Source: Eubacteriales bacterium
GTDB taxonomy: Bacteria; Bacillota; Clostridia; Oscillospirales; CAG-382
Assembly: GCA_045532495.1 (NCBI GenBank)
Contig: JAZSGA010000186.1
Span: 1 to 42,995 of the forward strand
DNA: 42,995 nt
Direction of reading: 5' to 3'
Under the pieces are notes generated by a model that ran no database searches, had not been told where the DNA came from, and saw only the letters and a list, made by a program, of their open reading frames with translations. Below are positions 35,716-42,995 of this stretch, piece after piece; positions within the stretch are counted from its first letter, which is position 1; every line of letters starts with the position of its first letter. The position numbers and the translations under genes are program-made.

Positions 35716-35742
35716 AAGGGCAAGCCGCACGGTTTGCCCTTT
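35716..35742 (+). terminator. Terminator-like hairpin after the ABC operon
   Basis: AAGGGCAAGCCG-CA-CGGTTTGCCCTT with a short T tail. Confidence 0.6.
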
Positions 35743-35847
35743 GCCGTCATTTTGCGGTATACGGCAAAGTAACTACTGCTTTTTATGGACTCCGGATATG
35801 CCAAAACCTTGAAAAATGTGAATTTTTTAAAAAATATTAATTTGGGG

Positions 35848-35876
35848 TTGACAAATCAAAACGGCGGTGGTATAAT
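35848..35876 (+). promoter_or_regulatory. sigma-A promoter of leader-ilvE-vor operon
   Basis: Perfect TTGACA-N17-TATAAT with TG extension. Confidence 0.9.
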
Positions 35877-35909
35877 ATTCGACATATTAATAAAGGAGAA
35901 GTACCAACA

Positions 35910-36023
35910 ATGGCCTCGGCAGTTAATTTCGGTATAATTTGCATCGGCTTTATTATCGCTATTATTATTGCAATTGCAGTCATTATTAACAGCAATTCGG
36001 ATAGCGCTATTTGTCGTGCATAA
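35910..36023 (+). CDS. Putative Ile-rich attenuator leader peptide, 37 aa (MASAVNFGIICIGFIIAIIIAIAVIINSNSDSAICRA)
   Basis: RBS AAAGGAG 11 nt upstream, 12 Ile codons, located between the promoter and a terminator upstream of ilvE. Confidence 0.7.
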   Translation: MASAVNFGIICIGFIIAIIIAIAVIINSNSDSAICRA

Positions 36024-36071
36024 AACCGTAAATTACTAATTGGTTCTACCTTTAATTCTACAGTAATTTTT

Positions 36072-36101
36072 AGGCTTGCGGCATTTAGCTGCAAGCCTTT
36101 T
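36072..36101 (+). terminator. Attenuator terminator upstream of ilvE
   Basis: AGGCTTGCGGC-ATTTA-GCTGCAAGCCT followed by TTT, ending just before the ilvE RBS. Confidence 0.7.
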
Positions 36102-36125
36102 ATAATTTAATCGGAGGAATTGAAA

Positions 36126-37196
36126 ATGCTTGACATTAAAATCCAGAAGAATCCCGCGCCCAAGGCAAAGCCTGCGGACGAAACAAAGCTTGGCTTCGGC
36201 AAAGTGTTTACCGACCACATGTTTATTATGAACTACACCGAAGGCACCGGCTGGCACGATGCACGCATCGTTCCCTACGCACCCATAAGCCTTGAACCTT
36301 CCGCAATGGTTTTCCATTACGGTCAGGAAATGTTTGAAGGCCTTAAGGCTTACCGCGGAAAGGACGGCAAAAGCCGCCTGTTCCGCCCCGACATGAACGC
36401 AAAGCGTGCAAACGAATCCAACCGCCGTCTTTGCATCCCGGAGATCCCCGAAGAAGATTTTGTTCAGGCAATAAAAGCCCTTGTTAAAGTTGACGAGGAC
36501 TGGATCCCCACAGCAGAGGGCACATCCCTTTATATCCGTCCCTTTGTTATTGCAACCGATGAATTTTTGGGTGTTGCTCCTTCAAAAACCTACCTTTTTA
36601 TTATAATACTTTCTCCCAGCGGAGCATACTACGCTTCCGGCCTTGCACCCGTTGGTATTTGGATCGAAGACGAATACGTGCGTGCGGTTAAGGGCGGTAT
36701 CGGCTACGCAAAAACCGGCGGCAACTATGCAGCCAGCCTTAAGGCTCAGGTTAAGGCGCATGATGACGGCTATTCCCAGGTGCTTTGGCTTGACGGTGTT
36801 GAAAGAAAGTACATTGAAGAAGTTGGCGCAATGAACATCTTCTTCAAGATCGACGGAAAAATCGTAACCCCCATGCTCAACGGCAGCATACTTCCCGGTA
36901 TAACACGCAACTCGGTTATTCACCTTTGCAAATCCTGGGGTATGGAAGTTGAAGAACGCAGAATCTCTGTTGACGAGCTTATCGAAGCCCAAAACAACGG
37001 CAAGCTTGAAGAATGTTTCGGCACAGGTACAGCCGCAGTTATATCCCCCGTTGGCAAGCTCCGTTACAAGGACGAGGTTATGACCATCGGCGATGGCGGC
37101 ATCGGAACCACCAGCCAGAAGATATACGATACCGTAACAGGAATTCAGTGGGGCACCTCCGAAGACAAGTTCGGCTGGTCTGTTGTTGTTGAATAA
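36126..37196 (+). CDS. ilvE: Branched-chain amino acid aminotransferase
   Basis: FGKVFTDHM, HYGQEMFEGLKAY, KTGGNY, EEVGAMN, LPGITR, GTGTAAVISP; GGAGG 8 nt before ATG at 36126. Confidence 0.95.
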   Translation: MLDIKIQKNPAPKAKPADETKLGFGKVFTDHMFIMNYTEGTGWHDARIVPYAPISLEPSAMVFHYGQEMFEGLKAYRGKDGKSRLFRPDMNAKRANESNRRLCIPEIPEEDFVQAIKALVKVDEDWIPTAEGTSLYIRPFVIATDEFLGVAPSKTYLFIIILSPSGAYYASGLAPVGIWIEDEYVRAVKGGIGYAKTGGNYAASLKAQVKAHDDGYSQVLWLDGVERKYIEEVGAMNIFFKIDGKIVTPMLNGSILPGITRNSVIHLCKSWGMEVEERRISVDELIEAQNNGKLEECFGTGTAAVISPVGKLRYKDEVMTIGDGGIGTTSQKIYDTVTGIQWGTSEDKFGWSVVVE

Positions 37197-37864
37197 TGAA
37201 GCGCATAACAATTTTTGCCGGCCATTACGGCAGCGGCAAAACCAATGTGGCTGTAAATTATGCCCTGGGCATTGCGGGCGAGGGCAAAAAGGTTTCACTT
37301 TCCGACCTTGACATTGTAAACCCCTACTTCCGCTCCAAGGACAGCGAAAAGCTGCTGCGTGATGCAGGCATACGCTTTATATCGTCGGAATACGCAAACT
37401 CCAATGTGGATGTGCCGGCACTTCCGCCGGAAGCATATGCCGTAACCGCCGATAAAACCGCCTTTGCCGTGGTGGATGTGGGCGGCGATGACAGGGGCGC
37501 TTTGGCGCTGGGCAGATACGTGCCCGATATCCTTGCCGAAAACAGCTACGAAATGCTTTTTGTTATAAACAAATTCCGTCCGCTTACACGGGATGCGGCA
37601 AGCACCGTGGAGGTAATGCGTGAGATCGAGCAGGCGGCAAAAATAAAATTTACCGGCATAGTAAACAACTCAAACCTTGGTGATGAAACCACGGCAGATG
37701 ATGTTATCGCATCGTTGGATTATGCGGAACAAGTTTCCGCCGCCACAGGGTTGCCCATAAAATTTACTTCCGTTCATCACACTCTTGCGCCGCAGCTTGA
37801 CGGAAAAATTCCGGATATATTCCCCATAAAGCTGTATATACGTCAGTCCTGGGGAACCGTTTAA
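37196..37864 (+). CDS. Uncharacterised P-loop NTPase (MinD/ParA/CobQ-like)
   Basis: GHYGSGKT, DLDIVNPYFRS, DVGGDDRGA; TAATG overlap with ilvE. Confidence 0.75.
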   Translation: MKRITIFAGHYGSGKTNVAVNYALGIAGEGKKVSLSDLDIVNPYFRSKDSEKLLRDAGIRFISSEYANSNVDVPALPPEAYAVTADKTAFAVVDVGGDDRGALALGRYVPDILAENSYEMLFVINKFRPLTRDAASTVEVMREIEQAAKIKFTGIVNNSNLGDETTADDVIASLDYAEQVSAATGLPIKFTSVHHTLAPQLDGKIPDIFPIKLYIRQSWGTV

Positions 37865-37895
37865 AAAGTTATTATTACCGAAAGGAACAATAATT

Positions 37896-38099
37896 ATGGC
37901 AAAAGTTACATTTAACGAGGATCTTTGCAAAGGCTGCGGTCTTTGCGTGGGTGCTTGTCCCAAAAAAATTGTAAAGCTTAAAACCGAAATCAACATCAAG
38001 GGTTACAACCCTGCCCATGTTGAAGATCAATCCGCATGTATAGGCTGCGCTTTCTGCGCCACCATGTGCCCCGACTGTGTTATAACAGTTGAAAAGTAA
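37896..38099 (+). CDS. 2[4Fe-4S] ferredoxin-like delta subunit of 2-oxoacid:ferredoxin oxidoreductase
   Basis: CKGCGLCVGACP and CIGCAFCATMCP. Confidence 0.9.
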   Translation: MAKVTFNEDLCKGCGLCVGACPKKIVKLKTEINIKGYNPAHVEDQSACIGCAFCATMCPDCVITVEK

Positions 38100-38117
38100 T
38101 CCAAGGAGGAACATAAA

Positions 38118-39185
38118 ATGTCAGATAAAGTCTTGATGAAGGGCAACGAAGCCCTTGCGGAAGCTGCCATTATGGCAGGCTGCCGCCATTATTTCGGTTA
38201 TCCCATTACTCCCCAAACCGAAGTTGCGGCTTACATGGCCAAGAGAATGCCCAAAATTGACGGCGTTTTCCTTCAGGCAGAAAGTGAAATTGCCGCTATC
38301 AATATGGTTATAGGCGTTGCCGCCACCGGCAAACGCGTTATGACATCCAGCTCATCCCCCGGAATTTCGCTTAAGAGCGAAGGTATTTCCTACCTTGCAG
38401 GCTGCGATCTGCCTGCTCTTATCGTAAACGTACAGCGAGGCGGCCCCGGTCTTGGCGGCATCCAGCCTTCTCAGGCAGATTACTTCCAGGCAACCCGCGG
38501 CGCAGGCCACGGCGATTTCCATTTGCTTGTACTTGCACCTGCTTCTGTTCAGGAAATGGTAAATCTGGTGTTCAAGGGCTTTGACCTTGCCGAAAAATAC
38601 AGAATGCCTGCCATGATCCTTTCCGACGGTACCATGGGACAAATGATGGAACCCGTAAGCCTTGATACGCTTCCCATCAACGAATATGATAAATCCTGGG
38701 CTCTTACCGGTACAAAGTGCCAGCGCAAGCCCAACATTATAAACTCCCTTTGCCTTAAGGCAGAAGAGCTTGAACGCTTAAACATTGAGCGTTACCAGCG
38801 TTACGCCGAGGTGGAAAAGAACGAAGTAATGTACGAAGAATATCGCATGGAAGATGCCGAAATATGCATCGTTGCCTTTGGTGTTGCGGCGCGTGTTTCG
38901 CAGAATGCCATCGATAAGGCACGCGAGCAGGGCATAAAAGTGGGCATGATCCGTCCCATTACCCTGTGGCCTTTCCCCAAAAAGGCGCTTTGCGATGCGG
39001 CAGATAAAGTTAAATCCTTTATTTCCGTTGAGCTTTCCATGGGCCAGATGGTAGAAGATATTGAACTGGCTATCCGCTGCAAAAAGCCCGTTACCCTTTG
39101 CTCCAGAGTGGGCGGTATGATTCCCTCCACCGAAGATGTTCTTGCAAAGATTTACGAGGCAAATTCCACAGGAGGTAACAACTGA
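38118..39185 (+). CDS. vorB: Branched-chain 2-oxoacid:ferredoxin oxidoreductase alpha subunit (VorB-type)
   Basis: MKGNEALAEAA, YPITPQ, QAESE, SSSSPG, RGGPGLG. Confidence 0.88.
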   Translation: MSDKVLMKGNEALAEAAIMAGCRHYFGYPITPQTEVAAYMAKRMPKIDGVFLQAESEIAAINMVIGVAATGKRVMTSSSSPGISLKSEGISYLAGCDLPALIVNVQRGGPGLGGIQPSQADYFQATRGAGHGDFHLLVLAPASVQEMVNLVFKGFDLAEKYRMPAMILSDGTMGQMMEPVSLDTLPINEYDKSWALTGTKCQRKPNIINSLCLKAEELERLNIERYQRYAEVEKNEVMYEEYRMEDAEICIVAFGVAARVSQNAIDKAREQGIKVGMIRPITLWPFPKKALCDAADKVKSFISVELSMGQMVEDIELAIRCKKPVTLCSRVGGMIPSTEDVLAKIYEANSTGGNN

Positions 39186-39943
39186 TGACAACTGTATTTA
39201 AAAAACCCGAGGCTCTTACCGATGCACCGCTTCATTATTGCCCCGGCTGTACCCACGGTATTATTCACAGACTTGTTGCCGAAGCCATTGACGAGCTGGG
39301 CATAAGAGGCAGAACCTTTGGTGTTGCTTCTGTCGGCTGCTCGGTATTTACTTACAACTACTTTAACTGCGATATGGTTCAGGCGGCTCACGGCCGTGCA
39401 CCCGCAGTTGCCACCGGCGTTAAAAGATCCGATCCCCAAAACAACATCGTATTTACATATCAGGGTGACGGCGACCTTGCCGCCATCGGTACCGCCGAAA
39501 CAGTTCATTCCGCTGCCCGCGGCGAAAACATTACCGTTATTTTCGTTAACAACGCAATTTACGGTATGACAGGCGGTCAGATGGCACCCACCACGCTTCC
39601 CGGTCAGGTTACACAAACATCTCCTTACGGCCGTGATGTAAACACCGTTGGTTACCCCGTTAAGGTTTGCGAAATGCTTTCCAAGGTGGACGGTGCCACA
39701 TACCTTGAACGTGTTGCCGTTAATAACGTTAAAAACGTGCGTGCCGCAAAGGCTGCCATTAAAAAGGCTTTCCAGAATCAGATCGAAGGCAAGGGCTTCT
39801 CTTTGGTAGAAGTACTTTCCACCTGCCCCACCAACTGGGGTATGACTCCCGATAAAGCCCTTAACTGGCTTGAAGAAAACATGATTCCTTATTACCCCTT
39901 AGGCGTATACAAGGACAAGTACGCAGAAAGCGAGGTAAAATAA
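39185..39943 (+). CDS. 2-oxoacid:ferredoxin oxidoreductase beta (TPP-binding) subunit
   Basis: HYCPGCTHG, HGRA, QGDGD...NN, YGMTGGQ, CPTNWG. Confidence 0.9.
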   Translation: MTTVFKKPEALTDAPLHYCPGCTHGIIHRLVAEAIDELGIRGRTFGVASVGCSVFTYNYFNCDMVQAAHGRAPAVATGVKRSDPQNNIVFTYQGDGDLAAIGTAETVHSAARGENITVIFVNNAIYGMTGGQMAPTTLPGQVTQTSPYGRDVNTVGYPVKVCEMLSKVDGATYLERVAVNNVKNVRAAKAAIKKAFQNQIEGKGFSLVEVLSTCPTNWGMTPDKALNWLEENMIPYYPLGVYKDKYAESEVK

Positions 39944-39944
39944 G

Positions 39945-40481
39945 ATGACAACTCAAATACTTTTTGCAGGCTTTGGCGGCCAGGGTATTCTTTTCTCGGG
40001 AAAATTCTTGGCATACGAGGGCTTGCTTGCCGATAAAGAAGTAAGCTGGCTTCCCTCATACGGCCCCGAAATGCGCGGCGGTACAGCCAACTGCAGCGTA
40101 ATTATAAGCGATACAAAGATCGGCTCTCCCATCGTTACCGAGCCCGATGTACTTATCGCCATGAACCTGCCCTCCCTTGACAAATACGAGGGCGACACAG
40201 CAAAGGGCGGCAAAATTTTTGTTGACAGCTCGCTTATTTCCAAAAAGGTTGAAAGAACCGACGTTGAAGCATATTATATTCCTGCCACAGCGTTAGCGTC
40301 CGAAAGCGGACTTACAGGCCTTGCAAATATGATCATGCTGGGCTACATTATCAAAAAAACCGGCATTATGCCCATCGAAAACATCGACAGAGCTCTGGCA
40401 AAGGTGGTTTCTGCAAGAAAACAGGATCTTCTCGGCGCCAACAAAAAGGCTCTTGAGCTGGGTTATAACTACGCCGAATAA
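39945..40481 (+). CDS. 2-oxoacid:ferredoxin oxidoreductase gamma subunit
   Basis: [27 protein letters not shown]. Confidence 0.9.
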   Translation: MTTQILFAGFGGQGILFSGKFLAYEGLLADKEVSWLPSYGPEMRGGTANCSVIISDTKIGSPIVTEPDVLIAMNLPSLDKYEGDTAKGGKIFVDSSLISKKVERTDVEAYYIPATALASESGLTGLANMIMLGYIIKKTGIMPIENIDRALAKVVSARKQDLLGANKKALELGYNYAE

Positions 40482-40517
40482 TTTATATTAAAAAAATACT
40501 TATGGAGGAACTTTACG

Positions 40518-41072
40518 ATGAATGATCAGCTTAAAGATATAGGCATGCGTCTTGCCTGCATCCGTGAGGACTGTGAAATGACCGATGTACAATTGGCCGA
40601 AAAGCTGGGTGTTGATATTGACACCTATCGCTCATATGAAAAAGGAGAGATCGATTTTTCGTTCAGCTTTGTTTACAATGCTGCCGAAATTCTCGGCGTG
40701 GATGTGCTTGATATTATAAGCGGATCTTCTCCCACTCTCTCCACCTGTTGTATGGTTAAAAAAGGCAGAGGCTATTCTGTTAAACGCGAGGAAGACTACG
40801 ATTACAAGCACCTGGCGTACACCTTTAAAAACAAAAAGTCCGAGCCTTTCCTTGTAACCATCACCCCCGAAGAAAAAGCTCCCGTGCTCCACGGCCACGA
40901 AGGACAGGAGTTTAACTACATCCTTGAAGGAAAAATTACCTTCTACATTGGTGAAATTTGCTACGAGCTTGAAGAGGGCGACAGTGTTTATTTTGATTCC
41001 ACCGTGCCCCACGCCATTAAAACCACCGACGATAACCCTGCAAAATTTATTGCAGTGGTGGTTAAAAACTAA
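40518..41072 (+). CDS. XRE-family HTH regulator with C-terminal cupin domain
   Basis: N-terminal HTH (YEKGE), HEGQEFNYILEG and GDSVYFDSTVPH. Confidence 0.9.
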   Translation: MNDQLKDIGMRLACIREDCEMTDVQLAEKLGVDIDTYRSYEKGEIDFSFSFVYNAAEILGVDVLDIISGSSPTLSTCCMVKKGRGYSVKREEDYDYKHLAYTFKNKKSEPFLVTITPEEKAPVLHGHEGQEFNYILEGKITFYIGEICYELEEGDSVYFDSTVPHAIKTTDDNPAKFIAVVVKN

Positions 41073-41105
41073 AATTTCCACTTACTGAAAGAAGGTACAA
41101 TTCCA

Positions 41106-42800
41106 ATGGCAATATACGAAAAATTTGTGGGCGCCAGCCGTGACGATTTCCTTTCGCTCAAGGATGCCCAGAAAAACTACAAACTCACCTGGAACGAGGA
41201 TTTTAACTTCGCCTATGACGTTATGGACGAGCTTGCCCGTACAAAACCCGATAAGCTTGCCATGCTTTGGGTTTCCCGCGAGGGCGAAGAAAAACGCTTT
41301 ACGTTCCACGATATGATGATATACTCCAACAAGGTGGCAAATTATCTGCGCTACCTGGGTGTTAAAAAAGGCGATAAGGTTTTGCTTGTTATGAAGCGCA
41401 GCCACTATTTTTGGCACACCGTTATGGCATTGCATAAAATCGGTGCCGTTATGGTGCAGGCAACCTTTATGCTTACCCCCAAGGAATACGTTTACCGCTG
41501 TAACAAGGCAGGCATAAAATATGCCATCCTCACCGGCGACGGCAACTGCACCGAGCAGTTTGACGAGCGTGCGGACGAATACGAAACAGTAGTAAAAAAG
41601 ATGGTTCTCGGCCACAAAAAGGCAGAGGGCTGGCTGGATTTTGAGGACGGTGTTGCCACCGCCAGCGATGAATGGACAAGACCCACCGGCAAGGATGCCA
41701 TCTATGCCAACGACACATCCATCCTTGGCTTTACATCCGGCACAAACGGTTACCCCAAAATGGTTTTCCATGATTTCCGCTACCCCTTGGGCCACATCAT
41801 GACAGGTGTTTTTTGGCACCGTGTTGTGGACGGCGGTTTGCATTTTACAATTTCCGATACCGGCTGGCTTAAATCGCTGTGGGGCAAAATGTACGGTCAG
41901 TGGTTTGGTGAATCCGCCGTGCTGGTTTACGATTTTGATAAGTTTGATGCGCAGGATATTCTTTCCAAGCTGGAAAAATACAAGGTTACCACCTTCTGCG
42001 TACCCCCCACAATGTACCGTCTGCTTTTGCAGCAGGATGTAAAGAGCTATGATCTTTCATCGCTCACCCATTGCTGTACTGCAGGTGAGGCGCTTAATCC
42101 CGAAATTTTCAACAAATGGAAGGAAGCCACAGGCCTTGAGCTTTATGAGGGCTTCGGTCAGACCGAAACCACCCTTTGCGTTGCCACCATCTACCCCTGG
42201 ACAAAGCCCGTTCCCGGTGCCATGGGCCTGCCCGTGCCCGGTTTTGATGTACATATCCTGGGTGATGACGGCGAAAACGTGCCCCACGGTACCAACGGCG
42301 AGATCTGCATACGCACATTAAGCTCCGACAGACACCCCTGCGGCCTTATGCGCTCCTACAACGAAAGCGCAGAGGATACCGACAGAGCAATTTATCAGGG
42401 CTACTACCACACAGGTGACGTGGCATACCGTGATGAATTCGGTCTTTACCGCTACATCGGCAGAAACGATGACGTTATCAAGTCCAGCGGCTACCGCATA
42501 AGCCCGTTTGAAATCGAAAGCGTTATGCTTGAGCACCCTGCGGTGTTTGAGGTTGCGGTTACAGGCGTTCCCGATCCCGTGCGCGGCTTTGCCGTTAAGG
42601 CAACAGTTGCTCTTGCCGAAGGCTATGAGGGCAGCGATGAGCTTACCAAGGAGCTGCAGACCTACGTTAAAAAGAATACCGCTCCCTATAAATACCCCCG
42701 CGTTATCGAATACGTTAAGGCGTTGCCCAAAACATTTAACGGCAAAATCCGCCGTGTTGAAATACGTAACAGCGATCAGCAGAAGTACGAAAATAAATAA
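41106..42800 (+). CDS. AMP-forming short/medium-chain acyl-CoA synthetase (ACSM/MACS-like)
   Basis: FNFAYDV, FTSGTNGYPKMV, SDTGW, GFGQTET, YHTGD, IKSSGYRI, PYKYPR, GKIRR. Confidence 0.9.
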   Translation: MAIYEKFVGASRDDFLSLKDAQKNYKLTWNEDFNFAYDVMDELARTKPDKLAMLWVSREGEEKRFTFHDMMIYSNKVANYLRYLGVKKGDKVLLVMKRSHYFWHTVMALHKIGAVMVQATFMLTPKEYVYRCNKAGIKYAILTGDGNCTEQFDERADEYETVVKKMVLGHKKAEGWLDFEDGVATASDEWTRPTGKDAIYANDTSILGFTSGTNGYPKMVFHDFRYPLGHIMTGVFWHRVVDGGLHFTISDTGWLKSLWGKMYGQWFGESAVLVYDFDKFDAQDILSKLEKYKVTTFCVPPTMYRLLLQQDVKSYDLSSLTHCCTAGEALNPEIFNKWKEATGLELYEGFGQTETTLCVATIYPWTKPVPGAMGLPVPGFDVHILGDDGENVPHGTNGEICIRTLSSDRHPCGLMRSYNESAEDTDRAIYQGYYHTGDVAYRDEFGLYRYIGRNDDVIKSSGYRISPFEIESVMLEHPAVFEVAVTGVPDPVRGFAVKATVALAEGYEGSDELTKELQTYVKKNTAPYKYPRVIEYVKALPKTFNGKIRRVEIRNSDQQKYENK

Positions 42801-42802
42801 TA

Positions 42803-42832
42803 AAAAAGCCACGGTTAAACCCGTGGCTTTTT
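42803..42832. terminator. Intrinsic terminator of the ilvE-vor operon (likely bidirectional)
   Basis: AAAAAGCCACGG-TTAAAC-CCGTGGCTTTTT. Confidence 0.85.
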
Positions 42833-42877
42833 CTATGTTCCCGGTTGCAATGCGATGGAGGCAAAAAGTTGGTACAA

Positions 42878-42994
42878 TCAATCTTTGTAAAAATCAGCTT
42901 TGCTTGCAAACTCATAGTTGGAGTTGCCAAGCAGGGCACGCGGTACCCACTTGTGCGTACTTGTTGGGAAGCACCCCAAACCCTTTAACAATTT
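42878..42994 (-). CDS. Possible 3' end of a gene entering from beyond the window
   Basis: Frame open from the window edge (...RALLGNSNYEFASKADFYKD*) converging on the terminator; too short to identify. Confidence 0.3.
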   Translation of the reverse strand, partial: KLLKGLGCFPTSTHKWVPRALLGNSNYEFASKADFYKD

Positions 42995-42995
42995 C

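Noticed and set aside
35837-36094. 85-aa minus-strand ORF, or a type I toxin-antitoxin reading of the small hydrophobic ORF
   Set aside because: The minus ORF has no RBS or promoter and mirrors the Ile-rich leader. No convergent antitoxin promoter is visible, and the Ile-only bias upstream of ilvE favours attenuation, though a small membrane peptide is not fully excluded.

Overview
Core-chromosome segment of a Clostridia-class Firmicute (inferred from sigma-A TTGACA/TATAAT promoters, T-box riboswitches and gene content). The left half is housekeeping: PBP2, an APH(3')-like kinase, RlmA, NfnAB, TmcAL, RsmG, QueG, an RNase M5-like/CCA-adding enzyme fusion, a nucleoside hydrolase, SpoIID/LytB, Mfd and a T-box-controlled ThrS. 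Several intergenic regions carry GTAG-type REP hairpins and other short palindromic repeats. The right third (about 28-43 kb) is the most interesting part and may form one branched-chain amino acid system. A Leu (CUC) T-box controls a LeuA-like protein that has lost its catalytic motifs but kept the allosteric domain, coupled to a degenerate TIM-barrel/acyl-CoA ligase fusion. About 4 kb away, an unannotated Ile-rich leader peptide with a terminator/antiterminator precedes ilvE, a P-loop ATPase, a four-gene VOR-type 2-oxoacid:ferredoxin oxidoreductase, an XRE-cupin regulator and a second acyl-CoA ligase. My inference is amino acid synthesis by activation and reductive carboxylation of branched short-chain fatty acids, with separate Leu and Ile sensors. 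Two genes appear to use non-canonical start codons (ATA/ATC and ACG). I saw no rRNA, tRNA, CRISPR array, transposase or prophage genes. All calls come from reading the sequence by eye; no database searches were run.
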